Translations under genes and position numbers: made by a program
The notes under the pieces: generated by a model
What the model saw: the letters and a program-made list of their open reading frames with translations, nothing else
The model's database searches: none
Told to the model about the DNA's origin: nothing
In this document: positions 28,901 through 38,353 of the stretch, in pieces
Position numbering within the stretch: position 1 is the stretch's first letter
How the letters are laid out: the number at the start of each line of letters is the position of its first letter
Assembly (NCBI GenBank): GCA_027492935.1
Contig: JAPUDU010000206.1
Location: forward strand, 4,291 to 55,655
Reading direction: 5' to 3'
From: Fimbriimonadaceae bacterium
Lineage (GTDB): Bacteria; Armatimonadota; Fimbriimonadia; Fimbriimonadales; Fimbriimonadaceae
Length of the DNA stretch: 51,365 nt

Positions 28901-30726
28901 TTATTAGCAACACGGGTTGTTAAGTTAATTCCGGTACCAGCCAAACCAGGTGAGGGAATTTCGCCCCGAGCACCAAGATAAAAACTGGCCAAACCAGCCG
29001 GAGTCACCGAGGGAGCAGGTTGTCGCTTAGTTCCAACGTAGGCAACCAAGTCCATCCCACCCGATCCATCTTGAATCGGAATGTATGCCACCGAAGCACT
29101 TCCCGCCGCTGTTCGGTATCGAGCAGGTGCGCCCGCACTACCCCAAGCATAGTTTCCGAGAAGATTTCCATCGTCGTCAACGTTTCTTGCTTCATTAACG
29201 TTTCCGCCAAGATTCGCAATATCAGCGGCCATCAACACGTTGACCATCCAAAAACGACCTTGGCCGCCCGTTGCTCCACCTTCGTCAGCAATATACAAAA
29301 TGCCTTCATGAGCCGTCGGCGCAAACAAGTCAGTCTGACTTGCCGGACCCGCCACCGGAGGATCAATCGTTGCAAACGGAGCAACGTTGGCAAATGTTCC
29401 AGCCTGATTCAAGTTAAAACCATGAACTCGCCCATCCTGACTCTGAACCCAAATCTGTTCTGCAATCGGCGAACCAGGAACCTCAACGTATGTCGGTTCC
29501 GAAATAACGCCCAAGTTCGCACTTGACCAAACTCGGTCGTAAGAAGAACCCACCGGATCTGCAATTCCATCATCTGAATTACCATCTCGGTCTACGTCGC
29601 TACTCGGATCGGCATCATAAACATAAATAGTTCCTCCCGCCGAAACAATCATGCGACCGTTCACCAAAACGGGGCGACCTTTTTGTCCCGGAAAAGCGGG
29701 AGCACCAAATTGCTTGATTGCAGGGACACCGATCGTTACGCCATTCGCACTTGAATTACGCGAACCTGAAGCACCAGAAGTGTAGCGTGAGCGAAGGGAT
29801 AAACCATTAATCACCAGCTTCGCCGCCGCTGTATAAGCAGCATCGCGACGAGGAGCCTGTAGAACCAAGTTTGCATTCGCACCACCGGAAGAATTCCGGT
29901 TAATGATGCGAGATACTGCCCGGCTTGTCATCATAACAAACCCTTCCCCAACTTGAGAAACTGCAATAACTGCCGAATTATCTGAAGTTGCAACTGGCTC
30001 AATTCTCAAAGAATCTCGCTCCGACCCACTCAATATTCCCGCAACCGGAGTTGCTCCTAAAACGAACGGATCAACAACTTGCGTTGACGCACCGTTTGTC
30101 ATCGAATAAATATCTGCCAACGAGAGTTGATTAGGCCCCAAAATCAATGGGTGGAAAGGATTGACTTGAATAAATGAACCAGGGCCGGCTGGGGCAATTC
30201 TTGTTACAACCGGAGCCGGAAAGTTATTAACGCCATCAACGCTCGCTGCATCATCAGCAAAATCGATCCACAGCAAACCACCTTTATCCACGAACTGCCG
30301 CAACAATTCTCGATCGGCGGTAGTCAATACCGCGTTTCCGACCAAGCTCACTTGCAAGACGTCGTAACGCAAGATGTCATCGGTAGTCGCATTTCTCAGA
30401 TCAACTTCCCAATAAGGCGCATAAGTCTTATCAATCGGTGTTCCTGCCGTACCACCAAAACGAACCGCCGCCCCCGTAGTTAAAATGCCATTGCCAGAAC
30501 CAGACTGAAATCGCCAATCTGCCGGCTTAATCGACGGGTCTCCATCCAAAATGCCCCAAATATGAGGAGCACCACTTGGAATGATGTTATTCGCGTTATT
30601 CCTAAGCAATACAACGCCAGCTTTAACCGCCACTGTATCTGTCGAATAAGTGACTGGTTGAGCCAGCACCATAGTCAAGGTGCTGGCCGCCAGTGCGAGA
30701 ACTGAGAACAATCGCGTTAATTTCAC
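25951..30726 (-). CDS. Giant secreted protein with an N-terminal alpha/beta domain and propeller/NHL-like repeats
   Basis: Signal peptide; DRELLRQFVDKGGLLWID (DUF4159/GATase-like, tentative); FVDPGNNLVARMD and LIADAGNNRVVQL NHL-like blades; DVDRDG motif. Confidence 0.7.
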   Translation of the reverse strand: MKLTRLFSVLALAASTLTMVLAQPVTYSTDTVAVKAGVVLLRNNANNIIPSGAPHIWGILDGDPSIKPADWRFQSGSGNGILTTGAAVRFGGTAGTPIDKTYAPYWEVDLRNATTDDILRYDVLQVSLVGNAVLTTADRELLRQFVDKGGLLWIDFADDAASVDGVNNFPAPVVTRIAPAGPGSFIQVNPFHPLILGPNQLSLADIYSMTNGASTQVVDPFVLGATPVAGILSGSERDSLRIEPVATSDNSAVIAVSQVGEGFVMMTSRAVSRIINRNSSGGANANLVLQAPRRDAAYTAAAKLVINGLSLRSRYTSGASGSRNSSANGVTIGVPAIKQFGAPAFPGQKGRPVLVNGRMIVSAGGTIYVYDADPSSDVDRDGNSDDGIADPVGSSYDRVWSSANLGVISEPTYVEVPGSPIAEQIWVQSQDGRVHGFNLNQAGTFANVAPFATIDPPVAGPASQTDLFAPTAHEGILYIADEGGATGGQGRFWMVNVLMAADIANLGGNVNEARNVDDDGNLLGNYAWGSAGAPARYRTAAGSASVAYIPIQDGSGGMDLVAYVGTKRQPAPSVTPAGLASFYLGARGEIPSPGLAGTGINLTTRVANNGLRVSMNTGNRSPKGLTVRVIVNGQVLNAAQMSTYFTGVVLQPSNGVIQLQIQPAQLGAFDWDGTATPSPLDDPTYRIDYMVDWTNGTNSMDASIRGFILFQDQTTPTLDMVTAPAVAPSGNIGVILSGAAGGSYYNIRETGQGGFLVRGRFEFHGAIQNLGALGTTVGYPPSLVDEDDLVRLVPMIDAPMSNIRPTGIAVSGNSFIVTTNATKTLFGFGVPTASVLSFESAPDDAEFIIDVGSGQDSSLVSFKQPDMSKSGYATTPVIFSLLPSSLPGISIEPIPNTTRARIRMNSLASSKVGPLNSCLANNLPIIVSRSNQTDTIYEPESSVNNGVFFRGFAGGQWNQLNWYTVINGYVAQVGPVIAGERIILGGASFFPSLILNGFTSPPTGLDGLMYGMDRTVSPGDTHLVSTSARPWISQLYSLKSNGPITPFVFNNITAAKSMRWPQLNGITDIDDFRVRVLQASILGESNFHGLAAGEGSIAITSDNNTTLFKRSDFVLADAGRISRFDPSGNPLWSIESTAEVGTNQPNIAERARNLSSPNRVYPDGSNGYVFVDPGNNLVARMDAAGREVRSITKLRFHEDVFATTDPARPEQSPRGQGPNESKLLRNPQDVAFWSTSVTAADVQRLFPSEGAYRTYTNERWDNWLIADAGNNRVVQLIDRYMLDANGRVTGVVRYVDRTDNEDPNNLTPALGILWWHSPEEFTGKRYAYNSIGRTTIDVGGTPRTAYALGFNNIQPSQRTFGLDTNPSARGDNPGGFGGAIIYDGPQTKVINEFVVPATPANVLMGTAGPNFAFNLPARAAQTYKVSGLTSVTVRYNDFGGGPILTVMLSTDRGVFEVVENTSGPTPYWEVIWMLPVEVYEFMRRPVGVFASYTQAQLGDNPQGFRPMHARRMDSGDVLVVNGYSGTKKDNSNFSGEVLIVDGSIGNVPDPRIPSFSVNRQNFGFNSLSIKFELPPVQGIRGIFRPVFAERQ

Positions 30727-33700
30727 GGGTTAATGTCTCCAAAGTAAGCCAACGTTGGGCTCACCGGTAGTCGAGGTGCCGGAGCAAGAATCCGTCCCTC
30801 AGAGTCAAGTCGAACCGCTTGCAGCGGTGATGTTGCTGTAGCATTCAACGGCACCGCCGCTGTAGCAAGAACAGGATCGTAAACCACAGTTAGATTGGGA
30901 ACTGCTAGCTGACCAGCAGCCAACACGCCACCTTGAACATGCTGTGAAGGCAAAGATCGACCAGATCCACCAAGTCGCCTTGGCATCCAACCCCATTTCT
31001 TCAACCATTCAGATTGCATACTCATCGGAGCGGGCATATTCTGTGAAATCGAACCAATGATCGAAATTCGAACCGCCAAAGGCTCACCAAAGAACGGAAC
31101 TTCAGAAGACGCACCAAATTGCTCGTAGCGTCGTTGTTGAGCCTGCAACAAGTTGCCGCCACCACCGTAATTCAACAATCCGGTATTCAAATCATCCGTA
31201 TTGTCACCTGGGGTGTAGCTCGCTTCGAATGCAGCCCGCAAGTCATCAGGATTGGTGTTAAACCATTGACCAGGAATCACGAAGAACGAACCATTCTGAG
31301 CGTAAATGACTGCTTCAATCCGAACGTCAGCCGGAGTGATTGCCGTTCGCGCAACCAATGCGTTTTTCGAAGGTTGTCCACCGATTGGATTCAAAGCTAA
31401 GCGGAAGTCGGTTGTGTCTTGCATCGCAAGGTCATACACACCCGAAGCGTTCAAGTTAGTGGCTTCCAATTTGCGCTGACCAGGAACATACGCCCCAAAA
31501 CCGCCAGCCGGATCAAAGATCGTCATTGCCCAGCTTTCAAATTTCGGATAAGCGTTAACTGTTGGATCAGTCAAACCATATTCAGGGATGTTCGTTGGCA
31601 CCGGTGTCGGATAAGTTGCCGCCGCACCATTAGTCAACACACCATTCAAAACCGTTTCGAACAAGAATGCACCCGTTGCGGAAGGTCGATTAAACGCGCC
31701 TGCCGTGATGTCCATTCCAAGGAATGACGGCCCGTTATCATCGGCACTCGCCGAAACAATCACGTCTGTCGCCATTGGGCCAGTACCGTCCGCCGCCGTA
31801 TAAGTGGATGCGTAAGGCAACCAGTTAGAAGGATTATTCCCAACCGGATTAAGCAAGAACTCGGTGTTCATCACGATACTGCCTGATCCGTCAAGTTCAA
31901 TCGGGTTCGGAGTATTCGGAAGCGGGTTCGTTGACTTCGGCTTCGGCGATTCGCCGACTTTCGGGCCAAAGAACATCGTTGTATTCACCGTGACGTAATC
32001 TTTTGCCAACAACGCCAACATAGAACTGCTCGGGCGAGTCAACAACGCTCCACTAACCGGATCAACAATCCCTTTCGTAATGCTGCCTTCAATGTAAATG
32101 GAACCCATGCTAACCAAAGTCAACTGCTGATCCGTCGGAATGACACCACGAACGCGGACATCACCCTCGAACATCAACACACCATTAAAAATTCGACCAG
32201 CAGTTTCAAATGAGCCTGTCAAAGGATCAAATGCTGGGTGGGAAATTGAGTCAACTACATAGCTCTGACCAGCTACCGTGCGAACCCAATAGCGGCAATA
32301 GGTGTTACCCGTTGAGTTACCAACAACATCTTGCCAGAACGGACTTGCACTGCGTGTATCCCGTCGAATTTCAAAACCATCCGGCAACATTCGCACGTGC
32401 GGAGCATTCGGAATGTAGTAAGGGCCTTGCCAACCTTGGCTCGCCGAGTTATTCGGGTTCAACCAATCGTTAGGAAGAGATTTTTGCGGGTCAAAACCTT
32501 TACTCGCATCCGACCCACGTCGGTTGCCGCGCTCGTTGCTATCAACATAAACGCCTTCACCGTGTCCAAATTGACCGGCAATCGTGCCGTTCGCATTGGC
32601 TTGACCAGTTCGCTCCGTTAACTCACGGTAGCGATTCAAACCGGATTGCGGATTGTTCGTAGTAATCGAAGGAGCAGCCTTGACTTTGGTCTGACGATTA
32701 TAGCCAGCCGCGTCTTCGCCCGTTCGACCATCCTGCAACAGCCCGAACATGGTCGAAAACTGCGGATTATTACTGTTCAATTGTGCCGCCGCCAAAGTTT
32801 GAGGAGAGTTCACCGGATTTCCTAGACCGGTATTCCATTCGTGCCAGGTTTGAGCATTGGCATTCAAATCAAAAACGTGGAAAGTGATCGAAGAAGAGCT
32901 ATTCGCTGACCGGATTCCATTTACAACATTGACTTGCTCACCCAATGCACCGTTAACAAAAATGTCATTTGCGCCATGCACTTCAACTGAGGTGTTTGAA
33001 TAAATCGATCCACCACCCTGCAGCAAATCCCATCGACCTTGATCAACCGGCAAGACCGCAAGACCAGAAACATTGGAACCATATACCCGCGGCACTTCAA
33101 CGATTGAACCTTCGTACGTAGCGCCAACCCCTGCTCTATTATTAAAGATACCAACCCCGTCAGCCGCCGGAAAACCAATTTCCGCTGCTCGGCCGGTTCC
33201 ATTCTTATCTGTAATATAAAGACTTGATTCAAGCATCCCAACACTTGCAAAGGCGATCATGCGCCGAGTATTGATCACTCCAGCATCTGCTGCTTTAATG
33301 CCACCAAGAGCATTGCGCACAGCATTGCCGTCGGCAAAACCGGTTACCTGAACACTCGCAGAAAGCAATTGACTCGGGTCAACCCGGCCTTGGTCATCAA
33401 CAACGCCCGAACGCCCTGCCGACTCAATAACGAAGTGACCACGCGCCTTACCCGCTTTTCGCAACGCCCCAGTTACGGAGCTAAATTGATCATAAGCACT
33501 CGGAGCATAACGTACACGAACCAATGCCCGACCTTTATCAAAACCAACTCGAGAATAAGCACCGAGATAATCCGGGCCACCTAAGTCGGTAACAAAGAAA
33601 CCAGGTCGTCCAACCGGATCAATTTCCACCTGAAAGCCACTCGCGGGCCGCAAATACATCGCATCAGGATCTTTTGTAAAGCCACCAACCGCCGTAAATT

Positions 33701-33968
33701 GAGTTGTTGGCGGTCGCCAGTCTGCACCCAAAGCTGAATTCATCATCTGAGAGTGCGAATACTTAATCCCAGCTTGTGCAAGATCACTTGCCAAGGTTCG
33801 CCGAGCCGAAGTGCCCGTAGAACTAATACTGCGACTAATAATGCCTGCAAACGCAATTCCCAGAATCAACAAGATTCCCAGAATCAATATCGCGATGATC
33901 AACGTCTGACCTCGTTTTCGAGATCGCGTTAAAGCCACTTGGTTCATTTCGTACATGGTCATTCTCAT
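30723..33968 (-). CDS. Giant PilX/GspK-like minor pilin (1081 aa)
   Basis: RKRG|QTLIIAILILGILLILGIAF without Glu5, then a PilX-like ASDLAQAGIKY. Confidence 0.75.
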   Translation of the reverse strand: MRMTMYEMNQVALTRSRKRGQTLIIAILILGILLILGIAFAGIISRSISSTGTSARRTLASDLAQAGIKYSHSQMMNSALGADWRPPTTQFTAVGGFTKDPDAMYLRPASGFQVEIDPVGRPGFFVTDLGGPDYLGAYSRVGFDKGRALVRVRYAPSAYDQFSSVTGALRKAGKARGHFVIESAGRSGVVDDQGRVDPSQLLSASVQVTGFADGNAVRNALGGIKAADAGVINTRRMIAFASVGMLESSLYITDKNGTGRAAEIGFPAADGVGIFNNRAGVGATYEGSIVEVPRVYGSNVSGLAVLPVDQGRWDLLQGGGSIYSNTSVEVHGANDIFVNGALGEQVNVVNGIRSANSSSSITFHVFDLNANAQTWHEWNTGLGNPVNSPQTLAAAQLNSNNPQFSTMFGLLQDGRTGEDAAGYNRQTKVKAAPSITTNNPQSGLNRYRELTERTGQANANGTIAGQFGHGEGVYVDSNERGNRRGSDASKGFDPQKSLPNDWLNPNNSASQGWQGPYYIPNAPHVRMLPDGFEIRRDTRSASPFWQDVVGNSTGNTYCRYWVRTVAGQSYVVDSISHPAFDPLTGSFETAGRIFNGVLMFEGDVRVRGVIPTDQQLTLVSMGSIYIEGSITKGIVDPVSGALLTRPSSSMLALLAKDYVTVNTTMFFGPKVGESPKPKSTNPLPNTPNPIELDGSGSIVMNTEFLLNPVGNNPSNWLPYASTYTAADGTGPMATDVIVSASADDNGPSFLGMDITAGAFNRPSATGAFLFETVLNGVLTNGAAATYPTPVPTNIPEYGLTDPTVNAYPKFESWAMTIFDPAGGFGAYVPGQRKLEATNLNASGVYDLAMQDTTDFRLALNPIGGQPSKNALVARTAITPADVRIEAVIYAQNGSFFVIPGQWFNTNPDDLRAAFEASYTPGDNTDDLNTGLLNYGGGGNLLQAQQRRYEQFGASSEVPFFGEPLAVRISIIGSISQNMPAPMSMQSEWLKKWGWMPRRLGGSGRSLPSQHVQGGVLAAGQLAVPNLTVVYDPVLATAAVPLNATATSPLQAVRLDSEGRILAPAPRLPVSPTLAYFGDINP

Positions 33969-33969
33969 A

Positions 33970-36213
33970 TCACCGCAGTTTGTTGCGTACCGCCGCTGTT
34001 CCGCGTACTGTCACCAACTGTGGCGGCAAGTTCGATTGCGGATAGTTGCGAATCGAAAGCACGACTTCCATCAGCTCTGTGGAACCGTAGTCCACCGAGA
34101 CAACATCATTCGGCTCAGTAAATTGGAAGCTATAGGTCACGTAAATGTTCCCGTTCGGCTTCGGTCCCGCTGGCAAAATTGAATCATCGCCCGGAATCGG
34201 TTCGCCATACTTCGAGTTCAGCTCAACATAACCCGCTCGATATCGTGCCTGCAGCACCGAGCTCAAGAAACTCGTCGGGTCGTAAAACGCTTTGTCGTAA
34301 TTAACTCCACCAAATCCGTACACGGCCGCCCAATCCGGCTCTTTACGATCCGTGTAATTGATCTTGTATTGATTCGCTCCGACTTGAATCGAGTCAATGT
34401 TAGGAACACGCGTGTAACGCACGATCTGCCCAAAGTTCGGCCCTGGAGTTTGATCTGGCCCGTAAAGCACATCGCTACCGGGAGTAATCGCAATCCGCGC
34501 AAACAAACCTGGGCTCAAAGGACTCGGCTCTGCCGAACCACCTGCCTGAGGCAAAGTTCGAAGGTCAATAAATCGCTTCACACCATTTGCCGCATCATCA
34601 CGTGCCGGTGCCAAAGATAGATTCGGCCACAAGCTATCCCACTGATGATAAAGCCGTGCGTACTTTTCATTCGCACCAAAGAAGGTGTGCCAATCCGGAC
34701 CGGCTTGATAAGTTGCGTTTGCCGGAGTAACCGTCAAACCAACTTCCACACCCGGCTCCGTCGTTGTATTACTGGGAATACGACCTTCGTAAGGAACGCC
34801 CGCATCTTGACCATAGTCACGAATATCAAAGGCCGCGTCAATCTGACCCGTTGTCGTATTCGGCACCATCGCCATAAACTCTTGCCGATCTAAAGCCGAC
34901 CCCGTCAACAACGCCAAGTTAAGTGAGCGGAAGAATGGATAATCCGCACCCGAATTCTTAAGCGCACGATAACGATCAACATTGATCAACTCACCGCCCG
35001 GGCCGAAAATTGCATTCTCACCCGTTGCGTTCGGCATCATGTCCAGCGTATTTCCACCTGCCCAAGGAGCGCGAACGGCACCCGACGAAGCATTTAATGG
35101 GCCTGCCGCGGGGGTATAAACGCTGCCCCAAATGCGCATCCGCGCATCCGCCCATTGCCCCATTTGAGTTCGAAAAACATGAGGGCCAATCTTTTCCGAG
35201 TTATCCGTCTCTTCGCTCATGCCAACCGCAAGCATCGCTTCCGCCGCTTCACTGTTCAGCCGCGTTGGTTGGAATCGCACGAGAGGAATAACCACTGGCT
35301 TTACGCCATCAAATTGAACTTGCTGATTCTGCTTATTAATCGCCGGCATGATCATGTCATAGCGACTAACCTCAGTAACGATCGAAGCCTTGCTCATCCA
35401 ATTGCGAACCATCACATCACGATCCGCCGGATCATAGACCTGGGGAACGGTGTAACCCAAAGCCGCGCTACCGCCCAAAGCATTACGCGCCAGGGGATCC
35501 ATAAATGTCGGATCATCAAGCAACGGACCGCTTGTGTTTGGATCAGCATCTCGATCTAAGTCATAGAAAAACGCTGAGTTCACGACTCTCGTCGGTACAC
35601 CTGCAATTGTTTGATACACGTAAGGCTCAACCTCCGCCCGCATCAAAACATACAAATTGTCTTGGGCTGAGCTTGCCGGCAACCAGTTACCGCCACCCGG
35701 CAACTTGAATTGAACCCAAGGATTATTGTAAGGCTGTTCAGGGTTTCGTCGGCAAATGAAGTACCGAACAATCGAATTCCCCGGAACGCCTGGTAAGCGC
35801 ACTTGACCCTTCGGAGTTGTAAGCGTCGGGTCAACCTTGCCCGTATCCGGATCAACGAATGCCGTACCAACGCGAGATGAAGGATCACCCTGCGCCGGTG
35901 CTTGAACATCAAGCTTCACATAGCTGAGCATCAAAGGAATGCTATTGCCCGCATTGTCAGGAACCATCACATAAAGCGACCCCTTAGCTCCCGAGTTGTC
36001 ACGAACACCAGCACTGTTAGAAATGTCTCGCTCAATTCGCGAAATCACAGCCCGCGCTCGATCCTGAGCCGTTGCAAAGCCTTGAGCCGCTCGAGTCAAG
36101 TTGAAACTCTGAATAACAGGGACAATGATAATCCCGAGTAGAACCGAGGTGATCGCGATCACCGTGATCAATTCTATGAGCGTAAACGCTCGTCGCTTAG
36201 TTCGAACTACCAT
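33970..36213 (-). CDS. Giant PilW-like minor pilin (747 aa)
   Basis: KRRA|FTLIELITVIAITSVLLGII class III signal; RAVISRIERDISNS helix. Confidence 0.8.
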   Translation of the reverse strand: MVVRTKRRAFTLIELITVIAITSVLLGIIIVPVIQSFNLTRAAQGFATAQDRARAVISRIERDISNSAGVRDNSGAKGSLYVMVPDNAGNSIPLMLSYVKLDVQAPAQGDPSSRVGTAFVDPDTGKVDPTLTTPKGQVRLPGVPGNSIVRYFICRRNPEQPYNNPWVQFKLPGGGNWLPASSAQDNLYVLMRAEVEPYVYQTIAGVPTRVVNSAFFYDLDRDADPNTSGPLLDDPTFMDPLARNALGGSAALGYTVPQVYDPADRDVMVRNWMSKASIVTEVSRYDMIMPAINKQNQQVQFDGVKPVVIPLVRFQPTRLNSEAAEAMLAVGMSEETDNSEKIGPHVFRTQMGQWADARMRIWGSVYTPAAGPLNASSGAVRAPWAGGNTLDMMPNATGENAIFGPGGELINVDRYRALKNSGADYPFFRSLNLALLTGSALDRQEFMAMVPNTTTGQIDAAFDIRDYGQDAGVPYEGRIPSNTTTEPGVEVGLTVTPANATYQAGPDWHTFFGANEKYARLYHQWDSLWPNLSLAPARDDAANGVKRFIDLRTLPQAGGSAEPSPLSPGLFARIAITPGSDVLYGPDQTPGPNFGQIVRYTRVPNIDSIQVGANQYKINYTDRKEPDWAAVYGFGGVNYDKAFYDPTSFLSSVLQARYRAGYVELNSKYGEPIPGDDSILPAGPKPNGNIYVTYSFQFTEPNDVVSVDYGSTELMEVVLSIRNYPQSNLPPQLVTVRGTAAVRNKLR

Positions 36214-38288
36214 TAGTTATTTCCTCCCGCATCAAAAGTTTCTGTCGTGGTTGTGTAATACCGCTCGGTCCACTTGCGCAATCGATCAAAGTTCGTTCCC
36301 GCATCTGTACCAAGGCTCCAAGTATCTGGGTTATAGAAGGCTCGCACCTTAATCGAAGCACCGTTGACCCGCCGAACAGCATAGTTATTGCGACTCGCAT
36401 CAAAGTTCAGTCCACCTGGCACTTCAGCGTAAGCCACAGTCACGCCACCAATCGATTCAACACCACTAATCTTCAAGTCGCGATCACGGATAACCGGGCT
36501 TGTGCCACCTGCCACCCACATCTCACCGACCGTTACTTTTTGGCGACTATCAATCAGCGGGAAGTACAAACGATTAGCAAAACCCCAACCGTTACTGCCA
36601 CCAACGTAACATTGACCTGCAACCAACTGAGCTGGCGCCGACGGGAACACAATGTTGTAACTCGCCGAAGCCTTCAAAACCTGCGTAGCATAGTCTCCAC
36701 TAGCCGTGTAAAGCGCACGAACTCGGCGACCAGCTAATTCCATCGGAGCACTCAAAGTCCAACCTTGATAGCCTCCGTTCGGCACATAAAGACGACCCGT
36801 TATCGCAAAACCATCTGTTGTGTCCGTATCCTTAAACTGAACGGTTCCGTTCGATTTATCCACGAAGTAGGAGCTATTCGCAACACTTGAATTGCCCGCA
36901 ACGACTCCGCCCGTTTCCAAATCAACCAGAACAAAGTCTTGGCTACCAGAAGTGCCCCCTAGATCAGGAGTCTGCATAAAGCCGTCTCCCGCCAAAGCGA
37001 TCCCACCGTAAGGCTTCGAATCCGGCCCTGTTCCGCTACCTGCTCGCACCGAGTTCACCAAAAGCTTAATGTTCGGGTTAAAGCTCGCTACCAAAACCGG
37101 GTTCGGCACGGAAAATTCGTCTCGCATGATTCGCCAGTCGTACACCGAATAGTCAACTCGCGCAATCAACGGAGCCGCGTTACCATCCAAGTCACGAACC
37201 TTTTCTGTTGCCCCAACGGGGTTCAACAACAACATCCCAAGCGCATGGTTCCACGGTCGGTACTGGTAAGGATCGTACGCACTAAACGGAGTTGCAGCCG
37301 GAACTTCTTGGAAAACGCGTTGAACGCGCAAGCTACCAACCTCAACCCCTCGGTAACCGAGCGGATTAAAAGTAGAAGCCGAAAGCAAATCAGGAATTGA
37401 AATGACTGCGTAATTATTGAACTGGCGGAAATAACTCGTCGAAATATCCGGCTGAGCTGTAAAGATCGCTTCAATAACGCGATCGGACACACCATCGTTG
37501 TAAACGAAGCTCATCGAAATGCGATAAGAATGGAAAATCGGAAGGCTAGTGCCCGTATCTTGCAGCAAACCAATCCAAATCTGATCTTTGCGGTCAAACC
37601 CAGCCGGCGTATTAGTTGTCAACGTTGCTCGCTCTTCCGGCACGAACGTAAAGGCATCCGTATCATAAAGCGCAGCCGTTGAATCAGGAATAAACTCGTC
37701 GCTACTTCCCAAAGATCGGCGCAGATCATTGCCGTAAACCGAAAGCACCTGACCAGCAGATCGACCATTCGCACCATCGTAGATGTAATAAAGCGGCGCA
37801 AACATCAACTGCATACGGCTACCAAGCACACCATTCACCACCGTCGGCTGAGGAATCGGACGACCTTCACCAATGATACGGTTGATCTTGTTAGAACCAG
37901 ATTGCTTCGTCCAGTGACCAATCGGGTTGCCCGAAACCAGCACCTGACCATTGCCATCGACTTCACCCAGGTTGCCTGGATTAGTAACTGGCGGGTTAAA
38001 GTTGCTCGGATCGGTTTGAGAAAGGATGAAAACCGTACCCGTGGCATCAAAGCTACCGGCAACAATGCGCTCCGGCAATTGAGCCGATTGACCCAAAATA
38101 CGCTGAACCTCAGCACGCGCCAGCGATGTCGCCAACGTTTGCGCTCGATTCATTCGCAACACTGCAAGGCCTGGAGGGAAAACTTGAACTATTGCCAATA
38201 TCCCAACCAAAAACACAACAATGACCACGAGAACTTCGATTAACGAAGTTCCAGCCATTTTGCGTCGATTTGTTCCTACTCGTACCAT
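36213..38288 (-). CDS. Giant PilV-like minor pilin (about 690 aa)
   Basis: MAG|TSLIEVLVVIVVFLVGILAIVQ, a PilV-type N-terminus; ATG at 38288 follows AAGGA. Confidence 0.8.
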   Translation of the reverse strand: MVRVGTNRRKMAGTSLIEVLVVIVVFLVGILAIVQVFPPGLAVLRMNRAQTLATSLARAEVQRILGQSAQLPERIVAGSFDATGTVFILSQTDPSNFNPPVTNPGNLGEVDGNGQVLVSGNPIGHWTKQSGSNKINRIIGEGRPIPQPTVVNGVLGSRMQLMFAPLYYIYDGANGRSAGQVLSVYGNDLRRSLGSSDEFIPDSTAALYDTDAFTFVPEERATLTTNTPAGFDRKDQIWIGLLQDTGTSLPIFHSYRISMSFVYNDGVSDRVIEAIFTAQPDISTSYFRQFNNYAVISIPDLLSASTFNPLGYRGVEVGSLRVQRVFQEVPAATPFSAYDPYQYRPWNHALGMLLLNPVGATEKVRDLDGNAAPLIARVDYSVYDWRIMRDEFSVPNPVLVASFNPNIKLLVNSVRAGSGTGPDSKPYGGIALAGDGFMQTPDLGGTSGSQDFVLVDLETGGVVAGNSSVANSSYFVDKSNGTVQFKDTDTTDGFAITGRLYVPNGGYQGWTLSAPMELAGRRVRALYTASGDYATQVLKASASYNIVFPSAPAQLVAGQCYVGGSNGWGFANRLYFPLIDSRQKVTVGEMWVAGGTSPVIRDRDLKISGVESIGGVTVAYAEVPGGLNFDASRNNYAVRRVNGASIKVRAFYNPDTWSLGTDAGTNFDRLRKWTERYYTTTTETFDAGGNN

Positions 38289-38353
38289 TTCCTTTCTCAA
38301 TATTTCAGTCTTATGCCTTTGTCAAAAGCGTGTGTCGATATGGGTGAGGCGAC

